A stretch of 64,000 nt of DNA, taken from an uncultured Prevotella sp. GTDB lineage: Bacteria; Bacteroidota; Bacteroidia; Bacteroidales; Bacteroidaceae. The translations under genes were made by a program, and so were the position numbers. The DNA is taken from contig CAMNPN010000001.1 of NCBI GenBank assembly GCA_946548085.1, positions 5,901 through 69,900 of the forward strand, given 5' to 3'. A model generated the notes under the pieces. The model was not told the DNA's origin and made no database searches. It saw nothing but the letters and a program-made list of their open reading frames with translations. Shown here one piece after another: positions 54,768-64,000 of the stretch; the stretch's first letter is position 1, and every line of letters starts with the position of its first letter.

Positions 54768-54906
54768 GTTTACAGTTTACAGTTTACGGTTTACAGATGA
54801 TATGCTTGCATGCCCATCTTCATCCGCAAATGCAAATATGCTTACATGCTCATCTTCTGCCGCAGAATGTAATCAACTGTAAACTGTAAACCGTAAACAG
54901 TAAACA
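54768..54906. repeat. Composite intergenic repeat: inverted GTTTACN heptad arrays enclosing two tandem units of about 33 bp
   Basis: Left arm tgtttacagtttacagtttacggtttacag (54768-54797). Right arm ctgtaaactgtaaaccgtaaacagtaaaca (54877-54906). The interior has atatgcttgcatgcccatcttcatccgca and atatgcttacatgctcatcttctgccgca. Confidence 0.85.
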
Positions 54907-54914
54907 AAAAGAAT

Positions 54915-56234
54915 ATGAATATTGCAATTGTAGGAACAGGCTATGTGGGTCTTGTATCCGGTACATGTTTTGCAGACACAGGTGCCAATGTAACCTGTGT
55001 GGATGTCGATGCACAGAAGATAGAGCGACTGCAGAAGGGTGAGATTCCCATCTACGAGCCCGGCCTCGACGAACTGGTGAAAAAGAATGTGGCCGCTGGC
55101 CGACTGAAGTTCACCACCGACCTCGCCTCGGTGCTCGACGATGTTCAGATAGTGTTCTCCGCGGTAGGTACACCTCCCGATGAGGACGGGTCGGCAGACC
55201 TGAAGTACGTGCTGCAGGTGGCGCGCACCATTGGTCAGAACCTGAACCACTATGTGGTGGTGGTCACCAAGTCGACAGTCCCTGTGGGCACCGCCCGTAA
55301 GGTGCGCCAGGCCATCGAGGAGGAGTTGCAGAAACGCGGCGTAGAGGTGGAGTTTGATGTCGCCTCGAACCCCGAGTTCCTCAAGGAGGGCAACGCTATC
55401 AAGGACTTCATGTCGCCCGACCGTGTGGTTGTCGGTGTGGAGAGCGAACATGCCAAGAAGGTGCTCACGAAGCTGTATAAGCCTTTCCTGATAAACAACT
55501 TCCGTGTGATCTTCATGGACATCCCCTCTGCCGAAATGACGAAATATGCCGCTAACTCGATGCTCGCCACGCGCATCTCGTTTATGAACGATATCGCCAA
55601 CCTGTGTGAGCGCGTGGGCGCGGATGTAAATATGGTTCGCGCGGGAATAGGCTCCGACACCCGTATCGGCCGCAAGTTCCTCTATGCGGGTTGCGGCTAT
55701 GGTGGTTCGTGCTTCCCCAAGGATGTGAAGGCACTCATCAAGACGGCCGACCAGAACGGCTATTCGATGGAGGTGCTCAAGGCTGTGGAGCGCGTGAACG
55801 AGCGTCAGAAGGGTGTACTTTTTGAGAAACTCGTCAAGGCCTTCGGATCAGAAGAGGCTCTAAAGGGCAAGACGATTGCCATGTGGGGCCTGTCGTTCAA
55901 GCCCGAGACTGACGACATGCGTGAGTCAACGGCTCTTGTGATGATTGCCAAGTTGCTGGATGCCGGCTGCGTCGTGCGCGTCTACGACCCCATCGCGATG
56001 GATGAATGCAAGCGCAGAATCGGTGAGACGGTGACCTACTGTCGCGATATGTACGACGCCGTGCTCGATGCCGACGCCCTGCTGCTGCTCACGGAGTGGA
56101 AGGAGTTCCGTCTGCCAGGATGGGGCGTCATCAAGAAAGCGATGAAACGACCGTTGGTCATCGACGGCAGGAACATCTTCGACATCGAGGAGCTGGAAGA
56201 GAACGATTTCGAGTATCATTGCATCGGAAAGTAA
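54915..56234 (+). CDS. ugd: UDP-glucose 6-dehydrogenase
   Basis: 439 aa. Rossmann IAIVGTGYVGLV and the catalytic Cys block GYGGSCFPKD. Confidence 0.93.
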   Translation: MNIAIVGTGYVGLVSGTCFADTGANVTCVDVDAQKIERLQKGEIPIYEPGLDELVKKNVAAGRLKFTTDLASVLDDVQIVFSAVGTPPDEDGSADLKYVLQVARTIGQNLNHYVVVVTKSTVPVGTARKVRQAIEEELQKRGVEVEFDVASNPEFLKEGNAIKDFMSPDRVVVGVESEHAKKVLTKLYKPFLINNFRVIFMDIPSAEMTKYAANSMLATRISFMNDIANLCERVGADVNMVRAGIGSDTRIGRKFLYAGCGYGGSCFPKDVKALIKTADQNGYSMEVLKAVERVNERQKGVLFEKLVKAFGSEEALKGKTIAMWGLSFKPETDDMRESTALVMIAKLLDAGCVVRVYDPIAMDECKRRIGETVTYCRDMYDAVLDADALLLLTEWKEFRLPGWGVIKKAMKRPLVIDGRNIFDIEELEENDFEYHCIGK

Positions 56235-56277
56235 CTCGACAAGTATCCGATATCGGCTTACAGATTACTGTTTCTAT

Positions 56278-57066
56278 ATGATCAGAGAGATTTTTAAAGT
56301 TGTGGCGGTGCTGCTGATGGTAGGTTGTGGAGGCCAGCATGCAAGCAACCAGGAGGCAGCAGAAGACCGTGCTGCCAAAGAGCTTATGCAGGGCATCTGG
56401 ATAGACTCCGAGACGGAGAACGTATCGTTCCGCGTTGTGGGCGACACGATCTTCTATGCCGACACCACGAGCATGCCTGCCTGCTTTAAAATCGTGGGCG
56501 ACTCGCTGATGATGTCAAGCGGTACGACGTATGCTATAGAGAAACAGACAGAGCACCTGTTCTGGTTCCGCAATCAGAACGGCGACCTCATCAAACTGGA
56601 GAAGAGCGTAGAGGCAGAAGACGTGTCGTCGTTCACCGCGAGTAAGCCCACGGTGATGACCTACACACATCAGGTGAAGACCGACTCTATAATAACCTAC
56701 GGCGGAGAGCGCTATCACTGGTATATCGCCATCAATCCGACGCGCTACAAGGTCGTTCGTCGTACTTTCAACGACGACGGTATGGAGGTGGAGAACGTGT
56801 ATTACGATAATATCATGCACATCAGCGTCTATCGCGGCGCACAATGTCTCTACTCCAGCGATATACACAAGAAAGATTTCCAGAAGCTTGTGCCTGCAAA
56901 TTTCCTCAACGAGGCCATCCTTGCGAATATGGAGTACAACAAGGCCGATGCTGCCGGACTCCATTTCAACGCTACACTCTGCATCCCCGACGGTGCCAGT
57001 TGTTATCTCGTCGAGACGCTCGTCTCCTACAAGGGTGCTATGACGATGAAACTGTTAGAATACTAA
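56278..57066 (+). CDS. Lipoprotein of unknown function
   Basis: 262 aa. The signal peptide ends LMVGC (lipobox). Confidence 0.6.
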   Translation: MIREIFKVVAVLLMVGCGGQHASNQEAAEDRAAKELMQGIWIDSETENVSFRVVGDTIFYADTTSMPACFKIVGDSLMMSSGTTYAIEKQTEHLFWFRNQNGDLIKLEKSVEAEDVSSFTASKPTVMTYTHQVKTDSIITYGGERYHWYIAINPTRYKVVRRTFNDDGMEVENVYYDNIMHISVYRGAQCLYSSDIHKKDFQKLVPANFLNEAILANMEYNKADAAGLHFNATLCIPDGASCYLVETLVSYKGAMTMKLLEY

Positions 57067-57072
57067 CTTTTG

Positions 57073-57858
57073 TTACCTCTCACCTCTACTCTTTATCCAA
57101 TCATCAATGAGCATGCGGGCGATGGAGAGCTTTTCAGGGATGTTTGGCAGGTGATCGCTGCTGAACCAGCCGCCTTTAGCAATCTCTGAACGCTGTAGGT
57201 GGATGTCGCCGCTGACATAGTCGGCATTGAAGCCGATCATGAGTCCGCAGGGATAAGGCCAAGGCTGGCTGCCGAAATAGCGAATGTTTGTGATGGTGAC
57301 CCCTGTCTCCTCAAGCGCCTCGCGGGCCACAGCCTCCTCAAGGGTCTCGCCTGTCTCGACGAAGCCTGCCACAAGGCCATAGAAGTCGCGCTTGAAGTTC
57401 TTGGCTTTTACCAGCAGCACCTCGTCGCCCCGATGGATGAGCACAATGATGGCTGTCGCCAACTGTGGCCAGATCTCTTTGCCACACTCCGTACACTTCT
57501 TTGAGATAGCGGTATCCATACGCATCAGACCGCCGCAGACACCACAGTATTTCGTATTCTGATCCCAGTAGAGCAGTTCCTGGCACTTGCCTGCTTTCAG
57601 GTAGAAGGGCTGTTCGAGCTTGTAATAACTCTGTCGCAGGCCGCACATCTCAAAGCGCTCGTCGTCGACGACAGGTGTGTCGATGCGATAGGCTCTCACC
57701 TCGTGGCCGTCTTCCATCGGTGTGATGGTCATCATGTTCGTCCAGGGCTTTACTTCCGTAGGCGGTTCAGGTCCCAAAGGGATGGCGTAGCTGCCGTCGG
57801 CGGTCTTCTCAAGCAGAAGATCGTCCTTGCAGAAAACGAAATAGTATTTGTCTATCAT
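57073..57858 (-). CDS. nudC: NADH pyrophosphatase (Nudix, zinc-ribbon type)
   Basis: CGVCGG...CTECGK ribbon and Nudix box GFVETGETLEEAVAREALEETG. I use the ATG at 57858 (MIDKYYFVF); the upstream extension overlaps the neighbouring gene. Confidence 0.85.
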   Translation of the reverse strand: MIDKYYFVFCKDDLLLEKTADGSYAIPLGPEPPTEVKPWTNMMTITPMEDGHEVRAYRIDTPVVDDERFEMCGLRQSYYKLEQPFYLKAGKCQELLYWDQNTKYCGVCGGLMRMDTAISKKCTECGKEIWPQLATAIIVLIHRGDEVLLVKAKNFKRDFYGLVAGFVETGETLEEAVAREALEETGVTITNIRYFGSQPWPYPCGLMIGFNADYVSGDIHLQRSEIAKGGWFSSDHLPNIPEKLSIARMLIDDWIKSRGER

Positions 57859-57863
57859 TGATT

Positions 57864-59636
57864 TTATTTTGCGGTTGTAATTCCAAACAACATTTTGCGG
57901 TCGCGCTCTATGGCGGGTTTCACCCAAGCCTCAGGCACGAAGCGCCAGTTGCTGTTGGCTTGAGGGTTCAGTCTGCCTTGTCGTTCTATCTCCTCCATCA
58001 GATAGTGGCGCTGGTCGAGCTCGCTGCAGTATATCACGCGACTGGCCAGAGCATCCTTGGGGATACCGGCACCGTGGGTAAGCAGTTCGCCACCACCATT
58101 GGCACGATAGCTGTTCATCGCAACCTTATACCACTTCTTTTCGTCGAACGGTGTGCCGTCAGACATCTGTAGGATGCGCACCTTCTCACCCTCGGGTTTC
58201 GTCACATCAACCTCGTAGTCGATTCCAGCAGCCGAGTCAAAATTGAAGGTGTAGTACTTGAATCCCGCCCGTTGCTGGTCTTCTTTCATCTCGTCGTCAA
58301 GCAGCATGATGTGGTCGTCGGGGGATGTCATCTGGTTGGTCCAGATGTCATAGCTCATCTCAAGGTGCTTGCGTATCTCTTCGCCCGTCATGCGTAACAC
58401 GAGCAGGAGGTTCTCAAAGCGGTACAGCTTGAACATGTCGGCGACGGTGACATCGCCAGCTTTGATGACGGCATTGAACGACAATGGGGCTGTGATGCTG
58501 ATGTCGGCACCCGTGATCTTCAGCTGAAGATTGTGGATGAGGTCTACGAAGGCGGAGTTGCCGAAAAAGCTGTCACGTGTATAGATGGACGAGTCGAACG
58601 TTCCGATCTTCCGTCCTACGTAGTTTTTGACGGCATCAATTTGCGGCTGGAAGTGGTGCACCATCTCCTCGTCGATTGCCTCGTCGTTCACACTGACAAT
58701 CTCGCCCTTGATGTCTTTCTTCACAAGATGGCCCCGTTCGTAGGTAAGTTCGATGGTTGCCTCAGCCACGTTACGTACGTAGCACGACGGGTCGATGATG
58801 AGCACCTGCTGACCTTCGCTGTTGGTGATCCATTCATTGTGTACCTGATGGTCGTGACCAAAGAAGATGATGTCGAAACCAGGCACCTCGCGAGCCACTG
58901 CAGCGGTGGCATTCTCTTCGTAGCTGTCGGTGACGATGCCACCATCCTTGCCTGAATGGAAGAGGCCGAAGATGAGGTCGGGACGCTCCACCTTTTTCAG
59001 ATATTTCACCCATTTGCGGGCACAGGCGGTCATCTCCTCAAACTCCATTCCTTTCCACACGCTCTCTGTCAGCCAGTTTGGGATGGCAGGTGTGAGCATG
59101 CCGATGATGGCAATCTTCACGCCATCGACATAGTGTATGGAGTAGGGGCGAAGTCCGGTGTAGATGTTGTTAGGATGAGCTGTACCATCAGAGCCTGCCT
59201 TAACGATGTTCGCACCAAGCAGTGGACAGCGCACCTCGCGGATCCATTTGTCGTAGACCTTATGTCCAGGCTCCACATCGTGGTTGCCGACGGTCTCGGC
59301 ATCGTATTGCATATAGTTGATAACCGATGCTGCCAGGTTCTCACTCTCTGGCATCACGTAGTTCGACCAGTAAACACACGGCTGGCCCTGCAGGATATCG
59401 CCGTTGTCGATAAGCAGCAGGTTGTCGCCATAGGCTGCACGTTCTTTTTTAATATAGGTATTAGCGCGTGAAAGGGTTCCTTTAATAGGGCGGTTGTTCA
59501 TAAAGTCCCAGGGGAAGAAATGTCCATGAACGTCGCTGGTTTCTATTACTTTCAAGCGGACGGTTTTAGACTGTTGTGCGTGCATGGGCACCATGACATA
59601 GATAAATAAGAGGGTTAAGTGGATGATTTTCTTCAT
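57864..59636 (-). CDS. Bifunctional metallophosphatase / 5'-nucleotidase (UshA-like), exported
   Basis: 590 aa with a signal peptide. Motifs ETSDVHG, DNGDILQG, GNHD and GHDH, plus a C-terminal nucleotidase domain. Confidence 0.85.
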   Translation of the reverse strand: MKKIIHLTLLFIYVMVPMHAQQSKTVRLKVIETSDVHGHFFPWDFMNNRPIKGTLSRANTYIKKERAAYGDNLLLIDNGDILQGQPCVYWSNYVMPESENLAASVINYMQYDAETVGNHDVEPGHKVYDKWIREVRCPLLGANIVKAGSDGTAHPNNIYTGLRPYSIHYVDGVKIAIIGMLTPAIPNWLTESVWKGMEFEEMTACARKWVKYLKKVERPDLIFGLFHSGKDGGIVTDSYEENATAAVAREVPGFDIIFFGHDHQVHNEWITNSEGQQVLIIDPSCYVRNVAEATIELTYERGHLVKKDIKGEIVSVNDEAIDEEMVHHFQPQIDAVKNYVGRKIGTFDSSIYTRDSFFGNSAFVDLIHNLQLKITGADISITAPLSFNAVIKAGDVTVADMFKLYRFENLLLVLRMTGEEIRKHLEMSYDIWTNQMTSPDDHIMLLDDEMKEDQQRAGFKYYTFNFDSAAGIDYEVDVTKPEGEKVRILQMSDGTPFDEKKWYKVAMNSYRANGGGELLTHGAGIPKDALASRVIYCSELDQRHYLMEEIERQGRLNPQANSNWRFVPEAWVKPAIERDRKMLFGITTAK

Positions 59637-59756
59637 ATTTAATTAATTTTTCTGCAAAATTAATTGATTTTTTTTAATATGCCAAGAGTTTTTGGGGATT
59701 TAGGCACACTTTTTGCTGAATTTCTTACGAACGATTAAAAGAAATGGAGGATTATT

Positions 59757-60464
59757 ATGGCATTTATTGATTATTACAAGATTTTAGGCGTCGACAAGAC
59801 GATACCTCAGAAAGATGTGAAGAAGGCCTACCTGAAACGAGCCAAGCAGTTTCATCCAGACCTTCATCCCGACGACCCAAAGGCCCAGGCAAAGTTTCAG
59901 GCGTTGCAAGAAGCGTATGACGTGATTGGTGATCCAGAGAAACGTCAGAAGTATGACCAGTACGGAGAACAATGGAAGCAGGCTGATGCCTTCGGTGCTG
60001 GAGGCTTCGGCGCCAACGGTGGTGGAAACCCGTTTGGCGGTTTCGACTTCTCGCAGTTCTCATCAGGCTCTGGTGGCGGCTTCAGCGATTTCTTTGAGAG
60101 TCTCTTTGGTCGAAAGAGTCGGCAGGGTGGCGGCTTTGGCGGATTCCAGGGATTCTCTTCTGGCAGCACGGGCTTCGGACAACAGGGGCGCACCCACTCT
60201 GGAGAGATGAATGCCAACGTGACTATCGATCTCTATACGGCTCTTTTAGGCGGAGAGGTGATGTTGACACTGTCGAATGGGAACAAGGTGAAGATGAAAA
60301 TCAAGCCTGAGACCCAGCCTGGCACAAAAGTACGTCTCCGCGGCAAGGGATATGACCGCGGAGACGGAACTTTCGGCGACCTGATTATCACTTATCAGGT
60401 GAAGCTGCCCACAAACTTGTCGGAGCGTCAGAAGTCTTTGCTCCAGCAGATGCGTAACGGGTAA
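59757..60464 (+). CDS. J-domain protein (CbpA/DnaJ-like, no zinc finger)
   Basis: 235 aa. DYYKILGV...HPD J domain, a Gly/Phe-rich linker and one C-terminal substrate-binding-type domain. Confidence 0.85.
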   Translation: MAFIDYYKILGVDKTIPQKDVKKAYLKRAKQFHPDLHPDDPKAQAKFQALQEAYDVIGDPEKRQKYDQYGEQWKQADAFGAGGFGANGGGNPFGGFDFSQFSSGSGGGFSDFFESLFGRKSRQGGGFGGFQGFSSGSTGFGQQGRTHSGEMNANVTIDLYTALLGGEVMLTLSNGNKVKMKIKPETQPGTKVRLRGKGYDRGDGTFGDLIITYQVKLPTNLSERQKSLLQQMRNG

Positions 60465-60490
60465 GCGCAAGCTGAGCCTACGAATGTTGC

Positions 60491-61933
60491 TTAGAAGAAT
60501 GTACCTGCCAGCAGGTAGCAGACGATCGTAGAGACAACTACACTTATCAGACCAGGAATCATGAACGAATGGTTGAATACATACTTGCCAATCTTCGTGG
60601 TTCCTGAACGGTCCATGTTTACTGTGGCTATATCCGTGGGATAGTTCGGGATGAAGAAATAGCCGTATGCACAAGGCAGTACGCCGAGCAACACCCATCC
60701 CGGTATACCCAGTGCGTAGGCTACGGGCAAAAGCGAAACGATGACGGCTCCCTGAGAATTGATGAGCACGGAGAACACGAAGAACATCAGGGCTATCGTC
60801 CACTTGTACTCCTCAACCATTGAGCCGAGCAGCATCCTCACATCGTCCATGTGGGCGTTGAAGAAGGTGTTCGACAACCAGGCGATACCGTAGATTGCAA
60901 CGACGGCCACCATTCCCGACTGCCACACGTTGTCGGCAACAGCATTCTTTGGCTTGGCACCGCAGATGATAATCATCAGGGCTGCAGCAGAGATGAGGAT
61001 AATCTGAATGACAAGGTACATCTTGATGGTTACCATCGACTTGACCGTCACGCCCTCCATCACGATGCCTGCAGCTGCCAGATTCTCTGGAGAGACGGTC
61101 TTACCTGTTGGCAGCACGACATCCTTGGCTCCCTCAACGGCAATCACCTGCTCGTAGGCAGGCAGTATCTGCTGGGCGAAGGCCAGAATCACGATGATGG
61201 CGACAGCAGCGAGGAAGATATAGACGGCATACTTCGCCTTCTTGTCGATCTGCTTGTCGAGAACGGTGTTGGTGTTTCCGTAGATGAAATCATACTGAAC
61301 AGGGTCAGCGATGCGTGCCTGGAACTCGGGATCCTTGTCGAGGTCAAGTCCTCGCCGCGTGCTCCATGCTGCGGCGATCATGATACCTATCAGACAGCTG
61401 GGAATCGTGACAGCCACAATCTGCGGGATTGAGATGTTGAAGCCGTTGAGCGCCGAGATCGTGGAGAAGGCTACGACGGCGGCCGAGATCGGTGAGCAGA
61501 TGATGGCAATCATAGAGGCAACGCTTGCGATGGCACAAGGACGTTCAGGACGGATGCCCTTCTTGATGGCTACATCGGTGATGATCGGCATCAGCGTGTA
61601 CATCACGTGGCCCGTTCCTACGAGGATGGTCAGTGTGAAGGTGGACAGAGGAGCCAGGAAGGTGATGTACTGGGGATTCTTGCGGAGTATCTTCTCGGCA
61701 ATCTGTATCATCCAGTCCATACCGCCCGAGGCCTGCAGGATGCCCGCACAGGTGACAGCTGCTACGATGATGTAGATAACATCGGTAGGAGGCGTACCGG
61801 GACGAAGACCGTGATCGAACACCAGAATGGCAAGACCCAGGCCTGCTATCGCACCAAGTGCCAGACTACCGTATTTAGAACCAAGGTATAGTGCCAGCAG
61901 CACTATCAGTAATTCTATAATTGTGATAAGCAT
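60491..61933 (-). CDS. Anaerobic C4-dicarboxylate transporter (DcuA/DcuB family)
   Basis: 480 aa. The N-terminus and the GIRPERPCAIASVASMIAIICSPISAA block parallel E. coli DcuA. Tandem paralog of the next gene. Confidence 0.85.
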   Translation of the reverse strand: MLITIIELLIVLLALYLGSKYGSLALGAIAGLGLAILVFDHGLRPGTPPTDVIYIIVAAVTCAGILQASGGMDWMIQIAEKILRKNPQYITFLAPLSTFTLTILVGTGHVMYTLMPIITDVAIKKGIRPERPCAIASVASMIAIICSPISAAVVAFSTISALNGFNISIPQIVAVTIPSCLIGIMIAAAWSTRRGLDLDKDPEFQARIADPVQYDFIYGNTNTVLDKQIDKKAKYAVYIFLAAVAIIVILAFAQQILPAYEQVIAVEGAKDVVLPTGKTVSPENLAAAGIVMEGVTVKSMVTIKMYLVIQIILISAAALMIIICGAKPKNAVADNVWQSGMVAVVAIYGIAWLSNTFFNAHMDDVRMLLGSMVEEYKWTIALMFFVFSVLINSQGAVIVSLLPVAYALGIPGWVLLGVLPCAYGYFFIPNYPTDIATVNMDRSGTTKIGKYVFNHSFMIPGLISVVVSTIVCYLLAGTFF

Positions 61934-61952
61934 AATCTCTTCTGTTTAGGGG

Positions 61953-63401
61953 TTAGAAAAATATCATTGCCAATGCGTAGGCCACGATGGTCGAGACGAA
62001 AATGTGTACCAGTCCAGGCATCATGAACGAGTGGTTCAGCAGATACTTGCCGATAACGGTAGTACCCGAACGGTCGAAGTTGACGGTAGCGATGTCGGAA
62101 GGATAATTCGGAATGAAGAAGTAGCCATACACAGAGGGTAGGACACCAAGCAGCACTGGTCCGGGAATCCCAAGTGAGTAAGCCAGTGGCAGCATCGAGA
62201 CGACAACGGCTCCCTGTGAATTGATCAGTACAGATACAAGGAAGAATACAAAGGCTATCGACCAGTTGTACTTCGCTACGATATCACCCAGCATCGACTG
62301 CATCTCCTCGGTATAATTCGAGAAATACGTGTCGGCCAGCCAGGCAATACCGAAGATGGCAACTACGGCCACCATTCCCGACTGCCAGACGGCTCCATGA
62401 ACGGCCTTTACGGGTGAGGCTTTACAGAAGAGGATCATGATGGCTGCAGCAGAGATCATCACTATCTGAATCACCACGTTCATCTTCAACTGAACGGTCG
62501 AGGCCTCAGTAATGCCGGGAATGATGACCTTCGCTTTGGCCAGCGCTGCTGCGGAAGCTACGGTACCGTCGTCAAACGTGAAGTCGGGAGCACCCTTGAC
62601 AGCCTTGATGGTAGAGTATGAGGGCAGGATGTCCTGGAAGATGGCAAAGAGCACGATCACCAACAGGGCGCCCAGGAACACATATACGGCATTCTTGGCC
62701 GACTGCGGGATCTCCTTGTCGAGCGTTGTGGCGTTGCTGCCATAGATATATTCGCGCTGGACGGGATCTTTCAGCTTGGCCTGGAACTCGGGGTCTTTGT
62801 CGAGGTCGAGTCCACGATGATAGGAGGCAACAGCCGCCGCCATCAGTCCGCAGACGCATGCGGGGAAGCTGATCATCAGCACCTGCGGGATAGAGATGTC
62901 GAATCCGTTGGCATTAGAAATGGTCACGAAAGCCACCACAGCTGCCGCAATGGGTGAGCAGGTAATACCCACCTGCGAGGCTATCGACGCGACACCGCAA
63001 GGACGCTCCGGACGAATGCCCTGCTTGAGCGAGATGTCGCAGATGATGGGCATCAGCGTGTAGACCACGTGGCCTGTTCCCACCAGAACTGTCAGGATAA
63101 ACGTAGACAGCGGTGCAAGAAACGTGATGCGGTCGGGATGCTTGCGCAGCATCTTCTCTGCAATCTGGATCAGCCAGTCCATACCGCCTGAGGCTTGCAT
63201 GATGCCCGCACAGGTCACTGCTGCGATGATGATGTAAATTACGTCGGTGGGAGGGGATCCGGGCTTCATACCGAAACCAAACACCAACAAAGCCAGACCG
63301 ATTCCGGAAATGGCACCGAGTGCCAATGATCCGTATCGGGAACCAACATACAGCGCCAACAAAACTATCAGCAACTGTAGAATCATTGTAAATGTTACCA
63401 T
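61953..63401 (-). CDS. Anaerobic C4-dicarboxylate transporter (DcuA/DcuB family)
   Basis: 482 aa, colinear with 60491-61933. TACCTTTG box on the minus strand about 40 nt upstream. Confidence 0.85.
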   Translation of the reverse strand: MVTFTMILQLLIVLLALYVGSRYGSLALGAISGIGLALLVFGFGMKPGSPPTDVIYIIIAAVTCAGIMQASGGMDWLIQIAEKMLRKHPDRITFLAPLSTFILTVLVGTGHVVYTLMPIICDISLKQGIRPERPCGVASIASQVGITCSPIAAAVVAFVTISNANGFDISIPQVLMISFPACVCGLMAAAVASYHRGLDLDKDPEFQAKLKDPVQREYIYGSNATTLDKEIPQSAKNAVYVFLGALLVIVLFAIFQDILPSYSTIKAVKGAPDFTFDDGTVASAAALAKAKVIIPGITEASTVQLKMNVVIQIVMISAAAIMILFCKASPVKAVHGAVWQSGMVAVVAIFGIAWLADTYFSNYTEEMQSMLGDIVAKYNWSIAFVFFLVSVLINSQGAVVVSMLPLAYSLGIPGPVLLGVLPSVYGYFFIPNYPSDIATVNFDRSGTTVIGKYLLNHSFMMPGLVHIFVSTIVAYALAMIFF

Positions 63402-63589
63402 GTTAGGATCTTGATATTTATAAATAATTAGGTTATTTTGACTGCAAAGGTAACAAAAATATCTGATTAATCGAACATTTTGGGCAGAAATCTTAAAATT
63501 ATTTATTTATTTTGTCGTGTCGAATATTTTATGTACCTTTGTGCCCCAAATATTAAAGGTAATGTATAAATAGAATATTTAGCATTGAT

Positions 63590-64000
63590 ATGAGTAAGAA
63601 ATTTGCTGAACATAGCGGTCTGAACCTGACAAAGGTAAATGACGACATCCTGGAGATGTGGCGCGAGAAGAATGTGTTCTGGCGTTCTGTCGAAGAGCGT
63701 GAGGGCTGTCCTCAGTTTGTATTCTTCGAGGGACCTCCTTCTGCCAACGGGCATCCTGGCATCCATCACGTGCTGGCACGTACCATCAAGGATACCTTCA
63801 ACCGCTATAAGACGATGAAGGGCTATCAGGTGAAGCGTAAGGCGGGATGGGATACCCACGGACTGCCTGTGGAACTTGGTGTCGAGAAGGAGCTCGGCAT
63901 CACGAAGGCCGATATCGACAATAAGGATTCTGAGAAATACATCTCGACGGAGGACTACAATAAGAAGTGCCGCGAGAATGTGATGATGTTTACGCAGGAG
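63590..64000 (+). CDS. ileS: Isoleucine--tRNA ligase, 5' part (runs off the window)
   Basis: Hand translation gives MSKKFAEHSGLNLTKVNDDILEMWREKNVF...EGPPSANGHPGIHHVLARTIKD...AGWDTHGLPVE (HIGH-type motif). TACCTTTG box at 63533-63540. It is not in the ORF track because it has no stop in the window. Confidence 0.9.
   Translation, partial: MSKKFAEHSGLNLTKVNDDILEMWREKNVFWRSVEEREGCPQFVFFEGPPSANGHPGIHHVLARTIKDTFNRYKTMKGYQVKRKAGWDTHGLPVELGVEKELGITKADIDNKDSEKYISTEDYNKKCRENVMMFTQE

Noticed and set aside
54797-54889. 30-codon His/Cys-rich ORF in the rfbC-ugd spacer as a real leader peptide
   Set aside because: Its internal duplication mirrors the tandem DNA repeat and I see no independent support. 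It is kept only as a note in the repeat finding.
54873-55451. 192-aa minus-strand ORF antisense to ugd
   Set aside because: The ugd frame has the Rossmann motif and the catalytic Cys motif. The antisense ORF begins in the heptad repeat.
60246-60803. 185-aa minus-strand ORF bridging the J-domain gene and the first dcu gene
   Set aside because: It overlaps two well-supported CDSs in other frames and has no promoter box.
60491-63401. Tandem dcu paralogs as something unusual
   Set aside because: They are a plain tandem duplication of a DcuA/B-type transporter, with both copies intact. They are about 45 aa longer than E. coli DcuA, but I cannot judge that insertion without an alignment.

Overview
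This 64-kb chromosomal window looks like Bacteroidota, probably Prevotella-like. That assignment is an inference: most gene starts I trust have a TAnnTTTG (-7) box 5-40 nt upstream and no Shine-Dalgarno, and the housekeeping proteins look Bacteroidales-type. Two G+C-rich core blocks (1-8.4 kb and about 25-64 kb) carry ordinary genes: glycogen synthase-like GT, AraC regulator, DPP-III-like peptidase, Fur, purA, hisS, dnaB, an ftsZ homolog, rubrerythrin, cdd, a Gly/Thr/Lys/Lys tRNA cluster, ftsK-lolA, rlmI, tilS, class-3 fbp, lysA, lysC, ftsE, hisIE-F-A-H, purU, rfbC, ugd, nudC, a 5'-nucleotidase, two dcu paralogs and the start of ileS. Between them lies an accessory segment with three parts. 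(i) A palindromic GATGCCT-rich repeat. (ii) A VirE/VapE-type P-loop gene bracketed by about 120-bp inverted arms built from 12-bp tandem iteron-like repeats. (iii) A low-GC island of about 14 kb (10.4-24.8 kb) with no integrase. The island encodes a secreted 6 x 25-aa repeat protein, a tight operon of exported TPR-CHAT protease / AbiH-like protein / exported TPR-CHAT protease, a decayed third CHAT copy, and small convergent ORFs. It also holds a translationally coupled operon of exported caspase (C14) / ECF-like sigma / membrane anti-sigma-like TPR protein, and a divergent five-gene operon of uncharacterised proteins (membrane coiled-coil protein, an extremely acidic 88-aa protein). The last gene of that five-gene operon is a paralog of the gene translationally coupled to the ftsZ homolog 3.4 kb downstream. 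My best candidates for an undescribed system are the caspase-sigma-anti-sigma operon together with the CHAT-AbiH-CHAT operon, and the five-gene operon linked by paralogy to the FtsZ partner. All family assignments come from motif recognition by eye; no searches were run.
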